Origin: an uncultured Clostridium sp.
Lineage (GTDB): Bacteria; Bacillota; Clostridia; TANB77; CAG-508
Length of the DNA: 64,000 nucleotides
Assembly (NCBI GenBank): GCA_948465565.1
Contig: CAOJXR010000008.1
Span: 778-64,777, forward strand
Reading direction: 5' to 3'
In this document: piece after piece, positions 30,813-40,786 of the stretch
Layout of the letters: each line of letters begins with the position of its first letter
How positions within the stretch are numbered: position 1 is the stretch's first letter
Position numbers and translations under genes: made by a program
The notes under the pieces: model-generated
Database searches by the model: none
Told to the model about the DNA's origin: nothing
Seen by the model: only the letters and a program-made list of their open reading frames with translations

Positions 30813-31643
30813 TTAAAAATTATCGAAATCTATTCCTAGTTTTTCAAAATAACTTTTTATTTTCGTCATATTTCTATATGTACCATTTTTTACTTCATGT
30901 TCAAATTCTTCATGTTCAAAATAGTCTTTTTCTAGCTCTTTATCAATATTATAAGGTACTCTTACAAATTGCAAAGAAAAACTATTACTATATTCCTTCT
31001 CTCCATAGTTTCCTTCTAATAAGCAATAATTTGCTTGTCTAATTTCTTCTATTTTACTATCTTTATCTGGGTTTCTAATCAAGCAAAAACTATTTCCAAC
31101 ACTTCCTGCATTTGCTATTGTTTTATTATATATTTTATCCATATATTGATGATGTATATGTCCATATATAACAACATCTGCTATTTTATCTGATATTGTT
31201 CTATCACTTGGTAAAAACATTTTATATTTATCTTCAATAGAATCTTGGCTAATCAATACTTTGTTATCAGCTTCTGGTGAAGAATGAAATATTCTTACTA
31301 GACTACCACTTAAATAAAACTCATATCAATATGGTAAATTACTTAGATATTCTCTTTCCTCTTCTGATAACATTCCATGTATTTTTTCCCATCTATTTCT
31401 TTCATATTCTGATTTACTTGCTATTTCTGATAGTGGTTCTGAAAAATGTCTATCACAATTTCCTCTTACAACTACATCACATTTTTGTTTTACAAGTTCA
31501 ATACATTCTTTGCTATGTGGTCCTTTTGCTATGGTGTCTCCTAAACAAAATATTTTTTCTACTCCTTTGTTTTTTGTATCATTTATGACTGCTTTTAGTG
31601 CTTCTAAATTCCCATGTACATCAGAAATTATTGCAATTTTCAT
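30813..31643 (-). pseudogene. calcineurin-like metallophosphoesterase interrupted by one in-frame TGA
   Basis: The N-terminal ORF (MKIAIISDVHGN, GDTIAKGP, GNCD) ends ...SNLPY-TGA at 31326-31328. The same frame continues YEFYLSGSLVRIFHSSP...VIYGHIHHQ. It would be a single 276-codon gene without the stop. Confidence 0.8.
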
Positions 31644-31776
31644 TTTTTCACTCCTATCTAAATACTTAAGCTATGTTCGATTACTTTATTTATCTTTATC
31701 TTGCTTATTATATATCAAATTATTATAAAATGCAAAAAATCTCCAGCGTATCTGCTGAAGATCTTTTATATATAAT

Positions 31777-32319
31777 CTATTCTATCTTCTTCATATTCAA
31801 AACAAATGAGATTCCTTCTACTATATCCATTATTGAATATAAGAATAATATTGCTCCAAGTGTCGCTATTATAATATCTGGTACAAAAATTATATATATT
31901 CCGCACATCATCATAAGTATTGCAATCATTAAAGTCACTATCCATGATTTTGATTCAAAAGCTTTTAATTTTAAAGCTAAACCAAATCTCATTAAACTAC
32001 TATAAATAATCCAAATTCCAAGGATTAAACCTATTATTCCTCCTAATGCTTCTGTATTTGTTACAATTACTAATCCAAATATTATACTTATTATTCCATA
32101 AACTAAATTGTAATTGAATAAGTCGTAACTTCCTTTTTGTATTATATAATCAATTATTTTTACAACTCCTGTAACCATTAAGAAAGCACCTAATCCATAT
32201 CCAATAACTTTTATTGTTACTTCTGAATACAAGAACATTACTGCACCTATTATTGCTAAAACTATTGATGTAACTATTGATGTATATCCAGCTTTTTTTA
32301 ATATATTTTTTAAATCCAA
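31777..32319 (-). CDS. HdeD/DUF308-like membrane protein
   Basis: Six predicted TM helices with repeated G-rich DUF308-like segments. A TTG start at 32319 sits 7 nt after AAAGGAGG; the ORF-track start at 32367 would translate through the RBS. Confidence 0.5.
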   Translation of the reverse strand: MDLKNILKKAGYTSIVTSIVLAIIGAVMFLYSEVTIKVIGYGLGAFLMVTGVVKIIDYIIQKGSYDLFNYNLVYGIISIIFGLVIVTNTEALGGIIGLILGIWIIYSSLMRFGLALKLKAFESKSWIVTLMIAILMMMCGIYIIFVPDIIIATLGAILFLYSIMDIVEGISFVLNMKKIE

Positions 32320-32411
32320 TTCTCTTCCTCCTTTTATAAATTCATTATAGTTATGTTTTGTTAACAAAATATGAACTATAGAATATTCTTTTTTTATTTA
32401 GTAAAAAATAT

Positions 32412-32440
32412 TTGTATATTATGTATCTTTTTGCTATAAT
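32412..32440 (+). promoter_or_regulatory. sigma-A type promoter for the TSCPD gene
   Basis: TTGTAT, 17 nt, TATAAT, about 25 nt upstream of the AAAGGAGG RBS. Confidence 0.55.
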
Positions 32441-32464
32441 ATTTGCATAAAGGAGGTATTTATT

Positions 32465-32719
32465 ATGGAATATAGATATAGACCAGCTGGTGTTTGCTCT
32501 AGTGAATTTGTTATACAAATGGATGGCGAGACTATTACTTCTGTAAAAATAGTTGGTGGCTGCCCTGGTAATACTTTAGCAGTTAGTACATTAGTTGAAG
32601 GCAAAAATATAAGTGATGTTATTGCTAAATTAAAAGGCATTCAATGTGGTGTTAGAGGAACTTCTTGCCCAGACCAATTAGCTACTGCGTTAGAAGAAAT
32701 TAAAAAACAAATTGCATAA
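32465..32719 (+). CDS. TSCPD-domain small protein (TIGR03905-like)
   Basis: 84 aa containing the eponymous TSCPDQ motif plus GGCPGN. Confidence 0.8.
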   Translation: MEYRYRPAGVCSSEFVIQMDGETITSVKIVGGCPGNTLAVSTLVEGKNISDVIAKLKGIQCGVRGTSCPDQLATALEEIKKQIA

Positions 32720-34492
32720 TTTAAATGTCGCAAATGACATTATGTATGCTATCAAGAATTGATTTATAGATACTTTTATTGCTGTCTTTAAATCAAATTC
32801 TTTTTTTATTATGCTTATACTTGCAATGCAAGGTGTATATAATAACACAAATATTAAAAAACTCATGCAAGACGCTTTTGTAAACATTGTGCTTAATAAG
32901 CTTGGCAATAAACTGCTTGTTGTATTTGTCAATATGCTCAATGTGCTTATTACAGCTTCTTTTGCACTTATTCCAACAATTAGTGAAGTTGCTATTCTCC
33001 AGTTTTCAAATCCTAATGGTGAAAAAATTGGAGCTATTTTTTTGCCTATTTGAGCTAATATGCTATTATCCTCATGTGCTAATAAGAGATTCATATCAAA
33101 ACTTTTTAAGAACCATATTATAATAGAAGAAATAAATATTATTGAGAATGCTTTTTCTATGAATTCTTTTGTTTTATTCCACATCAAATGCCATGTGTTT
33201 TTTATTGATGGAAGTCTGTAGTTTGGTAATTCCATTAAAAATGTAGTTTCAGATTTAATATTAGTTTTATTTTTTACTATTGCTGTTACAGTTATTCCTA
33301 TTATTGTACCAATTATGTATAACATTATCATTATTAGTGCTGAATTTGCGCCAAAAAACATTGATATAAATACTGCATATATTGGAATCTTTGCTGAACA
33401 ACTTATAAACGGGACTAGTAGCATTGTAAGCTTTCTTTCTTTTTCTGATTGAATCGTCCTTATTGACAATATTGCTGGAACAGAACAGCCAAAACCCAAC
33501 AATATTGGAACAGCGCTTCTTCCAGACAAACCTATTTTACTAAGCGGTTTATCCATTATAAATGCAATTCTTGCCATATATCCACTATCTTCTAATATTG
33601 ATAAAAAGAAATATAATGTAACGATTATTGGCAAAAAGCTAAGTACGCTTCCAATTCCATTAAATATTCCATCTATTATTAATGTAGATATTATTGTGTT
33701 TACTTGATTACTTTCTAATATTTCTTCAGTTTTTTGTGTTACGACATCTATTCCTTGATTTATCAAATTTGTTCCATATTCACCGATTACATTAAATGTT
33801 AAATAAAAAATTAAGAACATAATTCCAATAAATATTGGTATTCCTAAATATTTATTTGTCAACATTTTGTCTATTTTATATGTTCTCTTTTTTTCTTTAC
33901 TTTTTTGGGGCTTTTTTAATATCTGATCACAAATTCTCTCTATTTCTTTGTATTTTTTAACTATTACTTCTTTATTTTTTTGTTCTATATAATTTACTCT
34001 TAATGGCTTAATTTTAGCTGCTTGCTCCGATTTTTGTATTAAATTATTTATTTCTGTTTTAGTAATAGTAGTTAATGGCACTACTGGTATATCTAACTTA
34101 TTTGACAATTCTTCAACGTTTATTTTCCCACCATTATGTTCTAGCTCGTTTAGCATATTAAGTGCAATTACAATTGGTATCCCTATCTCTTTTAACTGCA
34201 TTGTCAAATACAAATTTCTTTCTAAATTATTACTATCAATTACATTTATTAAAACATCTGGTTTTGCTTTTAAAATAAATTCTTTTGATACTTGTTCTTC
34301 TTTTGTATATGTATTTAATGAATATAGTCCTGGTAAATCAACTATTTGACAATTCTTTATATTAGGAACTTCACCTATCGTATTTTCAACTGTTACTCCT
34401 GGGAAATTTCCTACTCGTTGATTCATATTTGTTATTTCATTAAATATTGTTGTTTTTCCACAATTTTGGTTTCCTACTAATGCAAATATCAT
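32690..34492 (-). CDS. feoB: ferrous iron transporter FeoB
   Basis: N-terminal G-domain (LVGNQNCGKTTIFN, DLPG) followed by a polytopic permease. 600 aa. Confidence 0.93.
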   Translation of the reverse strand: MIFALVGNQNCGKTTIFNEITNMNQRVGNFPGVTVENTIGEVPNIKNCQIVDLPGLYSLNTYTKEEQVSKEFILKAKPDVLINVIDSNNLERNLYLTMQLKEIGIPIVIALNMLNELEHNGGKINVEELSNKLDIPVVPLTTITKTEINNLIQKSEQAAKIKPLRVNYIEQKNKEVIVKKYKEIERICDQILKKPQKSKEKKRTYKIDKMLTNKYLGIPIFIGIMFLIFYLTFNVIGEYGTNLINQGIDVVTQKTEEILESNQVNTIISTLIIDGIFNGIGSVLSFLPIIVTLYFFLSILEDSGYMARIAFIMDKPLSKIGLSGRSAVPILLGFGCSVPAILSIRTIQSEKERKLTMLLVPFISCSAKIPIYAVFISMFFGANSALIMIMLYIIGTIIGITVTAIVKNKTNIKSETTFLMELPNYRLPSIKNTWHLMWNKTKEFIEKAFSIIFISSIIIWFLKSFDMNLLLAHEDNSILAQIGKKIAPIFSPLGFENWRIATSLIVGISAKEAVISTLSILTNTTSSLLPSLLSTMFTKASCMSFLIFVLLYTPCIASISIIKKEFDLKTAIKVSINQFLIAYIMSFATFKLCNLFFNFF

Positions 34493-34726
34493 TATTCTAC
34501 CTCAACTTTAATTTTCTGTGCGATTTCTTTCCTTATGCTTAAGTTATATCCTCGCACCTCTATTTCAACCGGATCTCCCAGAGGAGCTTGTTTGATTAGT
34601 TTTACAGCCGTATGTGGAACAATTCCCATGTCTAACAATCTATATTTTAGTTCTCCGCACAATATTCACTTCTAAAATCTTACAGGTTTGACCCTTTTTT
34701 AATTTATCTAAGCTTGTAATTTTCAT
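34492..34726 (-). pseudogene. feoA: FeoA, frameshifted
   Basis: Hand translation gives MKITSLDKLKKGQTCKILEVNI, then the frame is lost. The rest (CGELKYRLLDMGIVPHTAVKLIKQAPLGDPVEIEVRGYNLSIRKEIAQKIKVEVE*) is in another frame. The span is 235 nt, not a multiple of 3. The stop overlaps the feoB ATG (TAATG). Confidence 0.8.
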
Positions 34727-34775
34727 AGTACATGTTATGCGGGAATTATATCTTTATTACAAAAAAACTACTAGG

Positions 34776-35708
34776 TTATCCTAGTAGTTTTACCTCTACA
34801 TTATTCATTTTATATTTTCCGTTTTCGTCTGTGACAAATTCTACAAGTGATTTGTCAAGAGTTGTCGCATTTTGACTTAAATCTTGTGTAAAATATATTT
34901 TCATGTTAGGTATTTCAAGTCCTTTTGTAACTATTATTTTGAAAATTTCTACCATGTGTTTGTCATCTTCTGCAACTAATATAAATTGTGGAGCTCTTTC
35001 ATATCCTGAATCAAATTGTATAAAGTTTTCATAGAAATCTTTATATAATCTCATTCTTTCTTCAAAATTTGTCTCCCAATCATCTTCTCTTCTTACAACT
35101 TCAAATAAGAAGTCTACTGAAATTCCTTTTTTGGTTAATCTAACTCCTGCGTTTGCCTTTACAATTTTTCCTGATTTTTTTGCATTTATAGCAGGTTTTA
35201 CTGTATATGTGTCAAAAGCTTGAACTTTTCTCATATATGCAACAATTATCTGGTTTCCTGCTAATCTTTTCTTTATCATTACTACTGGTTTTGTGTTGTC
35301 AGTTGGTTGCCATTTACATTCTATATTTCTAGAGTTTAATAAGTATTTACCCATTTTCTCTAAACAGTATACTCTATATATACATTTTCCATCTTCACTT
35401 GAAAAGTAGTATCTTGTTAATATTTTTGTTTTTATTAACTGTTCTAGTTTATTATTTAATTTGTCTTGTGATTTTATATCAACATTTCTATGCATTAAAA
35501 TTTGATATATTTGTCTTGATGTCATAAATTCAAACTCATTTACTAATTCTATTATTTTAAAATGGATTTCTGTTATATGACCAAGATTTATTCTATGAAT
35601 TATCTGGTTTATTGAAACATATCCATCTTTTCCATCAAAAGTTTTGATTTCTCCTTCCTTCATTGCAAACGGAGACACCGTTGTTTTAATTTTCTCATCT
35701 TCTACCAT
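34776..35708 (-). CDS. replication-relaxation (Replic_Relax)-like wHTH protein
   Basis: 310 aa. An N-terminal winged-helix-like segment (HFKIIELVNEFEFMTSRQIYQIL) is followed by a conserved-looking core. The assignment rests on architecture resemblance only. Confidence 0.45.
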   Translation of the reverse strand: MVEDEKIKTTVSPFAMKEGEIKTFDGKDGYVSINQIIHRINLGHITEIHFKIIELVNEFEFMTSRQIYQILMHRNVDIKSQDKLNNKLEQLIKTKILTRYYFSSEDGKCIYRVYCLEKMGKYLLNSRNIECKWQPTDNTKPVVMIKKRLAGNQIIVAYMRKVQAFDTYTVKPAINAKKSGKIVKANAGVRLTKKGISVDFLFEVVRREDDWETNFEERMRLYKDFYENFIQFDSGYERAPQFILVAEDDKHMVEIFKIIVTKGLEIPNMKIYFTQDLSQNATTLDKSLVEFVTDENGKYKMNNVEVKLLG

Positions 35709-35755
35709 TTTAAATTACCTCCCATTAAATTATTTTTAGGTGTATTAAAGAAGAA

Positions 35756-36268
35756 TTAAACAATTAGTAGTTTTACTTTCTTTTTGTCTTTTACAATTTT
35801 TTTAATATAAACATCTACTGTTTGTCCATATTCGTATCCTTCTTTGTATTCAGCTAAACCAACTAGGTTTGGCTTTAATTCAACAAAAATACCGTTTTTC
35901 TGTTTTTCAACTTCCTTTATTATTCCTTGGACTTTTTCTCCTTCTTGATATTCAGCGATATTTTCATCCCAAGTTCCTAAAAGCTCTTTGTGTGTCAATT
36001 CGATTCTGTTTAAGTCCTTGTCAACTGATTTTATCATAACTTTTATATTTTGTCCAATTTTAAATCTTTCTTCTGGACTTTTAATTCTTGAAACAGATAT
36101 ATCTTCGATATGTAATAATCCAACAACTCCATTATCCATCTCAACAAATGCTCCAAAAGGCTTTATATTTTTTACTGTTCCTTCTAAAACATCTCCTGTT
36201 TGTGCTTCTGTTTGAATCCAATTAATTTTGTCTTCACTTAATTCTCTTCCTTTGTAATTAACTTCCAT
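35756..36268 (-). CDS. S1 RNA-binding domain protein (two S1 domains)
   Basis: GDVLEGTVKNIKPFGAFVEM...GLLHIEDIS, then a second S1-like repeat GEKVQGIIKEV...GIFVEL. Confidence 0.85.
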   Translation of the reverse strand: MEVNYKGRELSEDKINWIQTEAQTGDVLEGTVKNIKPFGAFVEMDNGVVGLLHIEDISVSRIKSPEERFKIGQNIKVMIKSVDKDLNRIELTHKELLGTWDENIAEYQEGEKVQGIIKEVEKQKNGIFVELKPNLVGLAEYKEGYEYGQTVDVYIKKIVKDKKKVKLLIV

Positions 36269-36298
36269 CTTAACTTCTCCTTATCTTTTGTATTATTT

Positions 36299-37015
36299 TT
36301 AATTTATAAGACTTTTTATTTCGTCATCTTTCAAATAACGCCACTTTCCTATAGTTAGACCCTCTAAACTTATTTTACCTATTTTACTTCTGTGAAGTGC
36401 TAAAACTTTTTTGTCAATTGCTTCACACATTCTTCTTACTTCTCTGTTCTTTCCTTCGTGTATAACAATCTCTAATCTTGTTTTGTTATTTTCTTTATCT
36501 TCCATTATTCTTTTTACTTTAGCAGGACTTGTTTTAAATCCGTCATCTAAAACTACTCCGTTTCTTAATTTTGTAACTTCTTCATCTGTAACTTGTCCTT
36601 TTAAAGTAACTGTATATGTTTTTGTAATTTCATTTTTAGGATGTGTAACTTTATATATAAAATCTCCATCGTTTGTTAAAATTAATGCTCCAGATGTATA
36701 CATATCTAGCCTTCCAACTGGAATTAACCTTTCTCTTACATGTACTAAGTCTGTTACCTTATCTCTACTGAATTGTTCTTTCATGGTGGTAACATATCCA
36801 ATTGGTTTGTTAAGCAATACATATACAAAGTTTTCTTTGGCTTTTATTATTTTTCCATTAAACATTACTTCGTCTTTTTCTGGATTAATTTTTCTTCCTA
36901 GTTCAGTAACAGTTTCCCCGTTTACTTTTACTTTTCCTTCTTCAATATATTGTTCACATTTTCTTCTTGAATCAATTCCACTATTGGCTAAGAATTTTTG
37001 TAATCTTTCCTCCAC
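36299..37015 (-). CDS. rluB: pseudouridine synthase, RsuA/RluB family
   Basis: S4 domain N-terminus (RLQKFLANSGIDSRRKCEQYI) and the catalytic GRLDMYTSGALILTNDG. Confidence 0.9.
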   Translation of the reverse strand: MEERLQKFLANSGIDSRRKCEQYIEEGKVKVNGETVTELGRKINPEKDEVMFNGKIIKAKENFVYVLLNKPIGYVTTMKEQFSRDKVTDLVHVRERLIPVGRLDMYTSGALILTNDGDFIYKVTHPKNEITKTYTVTLKGQVTDEEVTKLRNGVVLDDGFKTSPAKVKRIMEDKENNKTRLEIVIHEGKNREVRRMCEAIDKKVLALHRSKIGKISLEGLTIGKWRYLKDDEIKSLIN

Positions 37016-37924
37016 CTAATTTTCTCCCTCTAATTTTTCTAATATCTCTGTAAAATATTCTGGTAATTCTGCTGTAAATTCAACTTCCTCGTTTGTTGAA
37101 GGATGCTTGAATTTTATTTTATATGCATGTAACATTTGTCCTTCTACGCCAAATTTATTTTTTCCGTTTGAATAGGCGTAATCCCCTACTATTGGATATC
37201 CAATTTCAGATAAGTGTACTCTTATTTGGTGTGTTCTTCCTGTTTCTATGTTTACTTCTAGTAAAGTATTTTCTTTATAACGTTTTAGGACTTTAATATG
37301 TGTTATTGCATTTTTTCCTGTTTTTGTAACTGCCATTTTTTTTCTGTCTTTTTGGCTTCTGCCTATTGGCATATCTATTGTCGCTTCATTTTCTTTAACA
37401 ATTCCTCTAACTAATGCTAAATATGTTTTTTTAGTTTTATGTTCTTTAATTTGATTGCTTATATTAATATGCGCTTTATCATTTTTGGCAACTATTATTA
37501 CACCTGATGTGTCTTTGTCTATTCTATGAACTATCCCTGGACGTATTTCTCCTCCAATTCCTGATAAAGAATCCTTACATCTTGCCATTACAGCATTTGC
37601 AAGTGTTCCTTCTGGATTTCCATTTCCAGGGTGAACTACCATTCCTTTTGCTTTATTTATTATTATAATATCATTATCTTCATAAATTACATTTAAGTCA
37701 ATCTCTTCTGGCTTTAATTTTGATTCTTTTGGCTTTTCTACTTCAAGTTCGATTATATCATTTTCTTTAACTTTATAAGATGGTTTTTCTATTTTTTTAT
37801 TTACTACTACCTTATTTTCTTCAATAAGTTTTTGAATCATCATTCTAGATAAATCTTTATCCAACTCTGCAAGTGCTTTATCTAGCCTTACTCCACTATT
37901 TTTTACTATATATTCTTTTTTCAT
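37016..37924 (-). CDS. pseudouridine synthase, RluA family (RluD-like)
   Basis: S4-like N-terminus and the catalytic HRIDKDTSGVIIVAKN. 302 aa. Confidence 0.9.
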   Translation of the reverse strand: MKKEYIVKNSGVRLDKALAELDKDLSRMMIQKLIEENKVVVNKKIEKPSYKVKENDIIELEVEKPKESKLKPEEIDLNVIYEDNDIIIINKAKGMVVHPGNGNPEGTLANAVMARCKDSLSGIGGEIRPGIVHRIDKDTSGVIIVAKNDKAHINISNQIKEHKTKKTYLALVRGIVKENEATIDMPIGRSQKDRKKMAVTKTGKNAITHIKVLKRYKENTLLEVNIETGRTHQIRVHLSEIGYPIVGDYAYSNGKNKFGVEGQMLHAYKIKFKHPSTNEEVEFTAELPEYFTEILEKLEGEN

Positions 37925-39585
37925 TCTTGGACTTCCTCTACTTTTTCATAAATAACAAATCTATCATCTTCTTTTTCTTCATCTGTTAGTGGATATATTT
38001 TTTTATAGTCTTTATTTGATTTTATTTTTTTGCTTAAGTTTGAATCTGAATATGTTATTACATGTGTTATATCATATCTCTCAAATGTATTTTTGTAATC
38101 ATCTGTGCCTGTTGCAATATTTTGCACATCCATAAATATGTCTTGTCCATCTTTGGCTTTTCCTGTTTTTGTATTATATTGTGGTGTATATAAATCACAT
38201 CTAGAGTCTATCATTACTGGAATTCCCTCATATATTAAGTAACTTCCATAATTGTATTCATTAAATAATCGTATATTTTTGTAATCTAAATTTTCTTTTA
38301 TCCATGCAGCTGCTTTTATTGGATAATCATGTTCATAGTAATATTTTTCGTGCAATTTTGGTTTTATATTTTGAATTGAAATTATTATTACTACTGTTGC
38401 AAGTAGAACTTTGCCATAGAAATTGTTTACTATTCCTATAACTTTATTTTGCAGTTTTGGCGCATATTTGTCAAATACTTCTCCAATTATTTTTGCTAAA
38501 ATTGGAGTACATATTATTACAAACATTGAGACTTGTCTTCTTGCTCCTAGCGCTAAATATAAAATTCCCATGTAATAAAATAAATGTTTTGCATCTATTT
38601 TTACATCAACAAAAGTTAATATAATTACAAATACAACAAAAAATGCAATAAATTCTTTATTTGTATTTAAGTCTAGTGGCAAGTGTTCATTTATTACTTC
38701 CATTGTATTTCCTGTTAACGTTTTATATAAATATGTGTATGGAGTTGTTGCTCCTGTCGGTGTTAATACTCCCATACATGCGCATATTAGCATTACTAAG
38801 AATAATTTTTTTACATTATCATTTCGTGGAACTCTAATTTTATATGGGTTCTTTTTTAGCTCTTCTCTTTTCTTTTTATTATCTTCTAAATCGGCATGTA
38901 GTTTTACTAATTTTTCTGAGTCTTTGTTCGTTCTTTTTAATATAAATATTTTTATTTTTAAAATTAAGTCAAAGTTTATTATGTCTAAAGATATAAAATA
39001 TTCTACTAGATATGGTACAAATAGTACAAAGAAAAATGGCCACACTGCCATGTGTAAGTTTACTATAAGTAGCGAAAATAGTACGAGTCCTACTGCATAT
39101 CTCTTTTTAGTATTTTCTAAGAATTTCTCTATTAAATATATTGTTAATATCATTAAAGAAAATGTTACTAACTGCGCTCTTGCTGCAATATATGGTTGCA
39201 TTAGATACATTCCTACGAATGTTACTATTGCTGATATTGGAGCATTTTTTGATATTTTATTTGATGTAAAATATATGCTCAATCCTAGTAAACTTGTTAA
39301 TACAATGCTTGATATGTATATTCCAAGCATTCCTCCAATTGAATATATTCCATACATTATTGTGTCATATAGCCAGTGTGGAAATGTGTAAGGGAGTTCA
39401 TTCCATGAAAATGGGTCTTCTGTTAGATTGCCGATTCCATTTTGTGATATATATTCTCCTACTTTTATTGTGTAAAAAGTATCGTTCTGTAAGCCTTTGG
39501 GAGCTATTCCAATGCAATATACAATTATTAATATTGCTATTATAATATGAAATTTATATCTTTTTGTCTTTTCTTCGCTTTTCAT
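37921..39585 (-). CDS. large polytopic membrane protein, possible GT-C type glycosyltransferase
   Basis: 554 aa with about 12 TM helices and a C-terminal soluble domain. No diagnostic motif recognised; the family call is tentative. Confidence 0.35.
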   Translation of the reverse strand: MKSEEKTKRYKFHIIIAILIIVYCIGIAPKGLQNDTFYTIKVGEYISQNGIGNLTEDPFSWNELPYTFPHWLYDTIMYGIYSIGGMLGIYISSIVLTSLLGLSIYFTSNKISKNAPISAIVTFVGMYLMQPYIAARAQLVTFSLMILTIYLIEKFLENTKKRYAVGLVLFSLLIVNLHMAVWPFFFVLFVPYLVEYFISLDIINFDLILKIKIFILKRTNKDSEKLVKLHADLEDNKKKREELKKNPYKIRVPRNDNVKKLFLVMLICACMGVLTPTGATTPYTYLYKTLTGNTMEVINEHLPLDLNTNKEFIAFFVVFVIILTFVDVKIDAKHLFYYMGILYLALGARRQVSMFVIICTPILAKIIGEVFDKYAPKLQNKVIGIVNNFYGKVLLATVVIIISIQNIKPKLHEKYYYEHDYPIKAAAWIKENLDYKNIRLFNEYNYGSYLIYEGIPVMIDSRCDLYTPQYNTKTGKAKDGQDIFMDVQNIATGTDDYKNTFERYDITHVITYSDSNLSKKIKSNKDYKKIYPLTDEEKEDDRFVIYEKVEEVQE

Positions 39586-39594
39586 CTTTTCTCC

Positions 39595-40329
39595 TTAAAT
39601 CTCAAATTCAGTATATACTGCATAATGGTCAGAATAATCAGTTTCAATTGTTTCAGTTCTGATTGCTTTTATATTTCTTGAATAAAACATTGTATCTATA
39701 CAGCCTTGTCCTATTTTAGAAAACCATGTATCTTCTGCGTTCTCTATCTTGTTTAAGTATGTTTCTAACATACCATATTCTATATATTGTTCACTTTTTT
39801 CAAATTTATATTGATGTTTTCCTATTTTTTCTACTCCAACATTGAAGTCTCCACCTATGATTATTACTTCATTTTCGTCGATTTTCTCTATTATATTTAT
39901 TAATTCTTCTGTTGCTAAAATTCTTTCTTCTAAATTTGTTGGATAATGTACAGAAAATAAGTTTAGTTTTGTTGTCCCAAATGATATTTTGTTGCAAAGT
40001 ATTCCTCTTTGTTCGTTTTCTGGATTTAATAATGGCATTAAGTAATTAGCTGAATATTCTATCGGAAATCTTGATAAAATTCCATCACCATAATATCCAT
40101 TTCTATATTTAATATTTATTCCCATCGCTCTGTATTGTAATTCTACATATTTTGAAAAGGTGTATATTTGATTTTCACTATAAACTCTTTGTGTGTACAT
40201 GTCTATTTCTTGCAGAAATATTATATCTGGTTTGTATTTCTTTAGAAATTTTGCTTGTCTTTCTACGTCTATCGTTCCATCAAGTCCCTCTCCATGGCAC
40301 ATATTAAAGGTTATCGCTTTTAATATCAT
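39595..40329 (-). CDS. endonuclease/exonuclease/phosphatase (EEP) family protein
   Basis: ITFNMCHGEG, IIFLQEID, GGDFN and the terminal SDHYAV motif. Confidence 0.85.
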   Translation of the reverse strand: MILKAITFNMCHGEGLDGTIDVERQAKFLKKYKPDIIFLQEIDMYTQRVYSENQIYTFSKYVELQYRAMGINIKYRNGYYGDGILSRFPIEYSANYLMPLLNPENEQRGILCNKISFGTTKLNLFSVHYPTNLEERILATEELINIIEKIDENEVIIIGGDFNVGVEKIGKHQYKFEKSEQYIEYGMLETYLNKIENAEDTWFSKIGQGCIDTMFYSRNIKAIRTETIETDYSDHYAVYTEFEI

Positions 40330-40425
40330 AAAAAAACACCTACTTTTCTTAAATTATATGGAAATTATATCAAATGAAAAAATAATATTCAATAAAACAC
40401 AGAAAATTATTTTCTAGGCACAAAA

Positions 40426-40485
40426 ATGCTGGAGCACCCTAACACCAGCATTCGCTAAGTGATGGGGTGCTCCAATCGTTTTTTC
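40426..40485. terminator. G+C-rich hairpin terminator at the edge of G+C-rich islet 1
   Basis: TGGAGCACCC/GGGTGCTCCA 10-bp stem, with an alternative ATGCTGG/CCAGCAT helix. It is flanked by an A5 run on one side and a T6 run on the other. Confidence 0.6.
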
Positions 40486-40498
40486 AGGCAGGTTATGC

Positions 40499-40786
40499 TC
40501 AGTTCTCGTCGTAAGACTCGATAAGCTCCGTAAGCTGATGTATGAATTTTTCCAGTTCATCGCCGTTCTTTCCCTGCGCCGTGCAAAGAATAATTTCCCA
40601 ATTCAGGTCCACAATAGTGTACCAGGCAAACACATTTGCCATCCGCACCTCATAGCCTTGAATATCTTCAGTCTCGCCTTTCTCCTGAAGAATTACCTTC
40701 AGCCTGCGGAAACCTTCGTCCTGCTTCTTTTTGTAATCGACCATGATGTCCTTTCCGTCCTTATAGGACTTGCCAATGTAAGCCAT
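40499..40786 (-). CDS. small hypothetical protein encoded in a G+C-rich islet
   Basis: 95 aa from the ATG at 40786 (MAYIGKSYKDGKD...). Composition is strikingly different from the flanks. No family recognised. Confidence 0.55.
   Translation of the reverse strand: MAYIGKSYKDGKDIMVDYKKKQDEGFRRLKVILQEKGETEDIQGYEVRMANVFAWYTIVDLNWEIILCTAQGKNGDELEKFIHQLTELIESYDEN

Noticed and set aside
32690-32719. 30-nt convergent overlap between the TSCPD gene and feoB as a regulatory antisense arrangement
   Set aside because: This is probably just compact 3' ends, and there is no structural signal. The feoB C-terminal residues are poorly conserved, so its true stop may still be correct.
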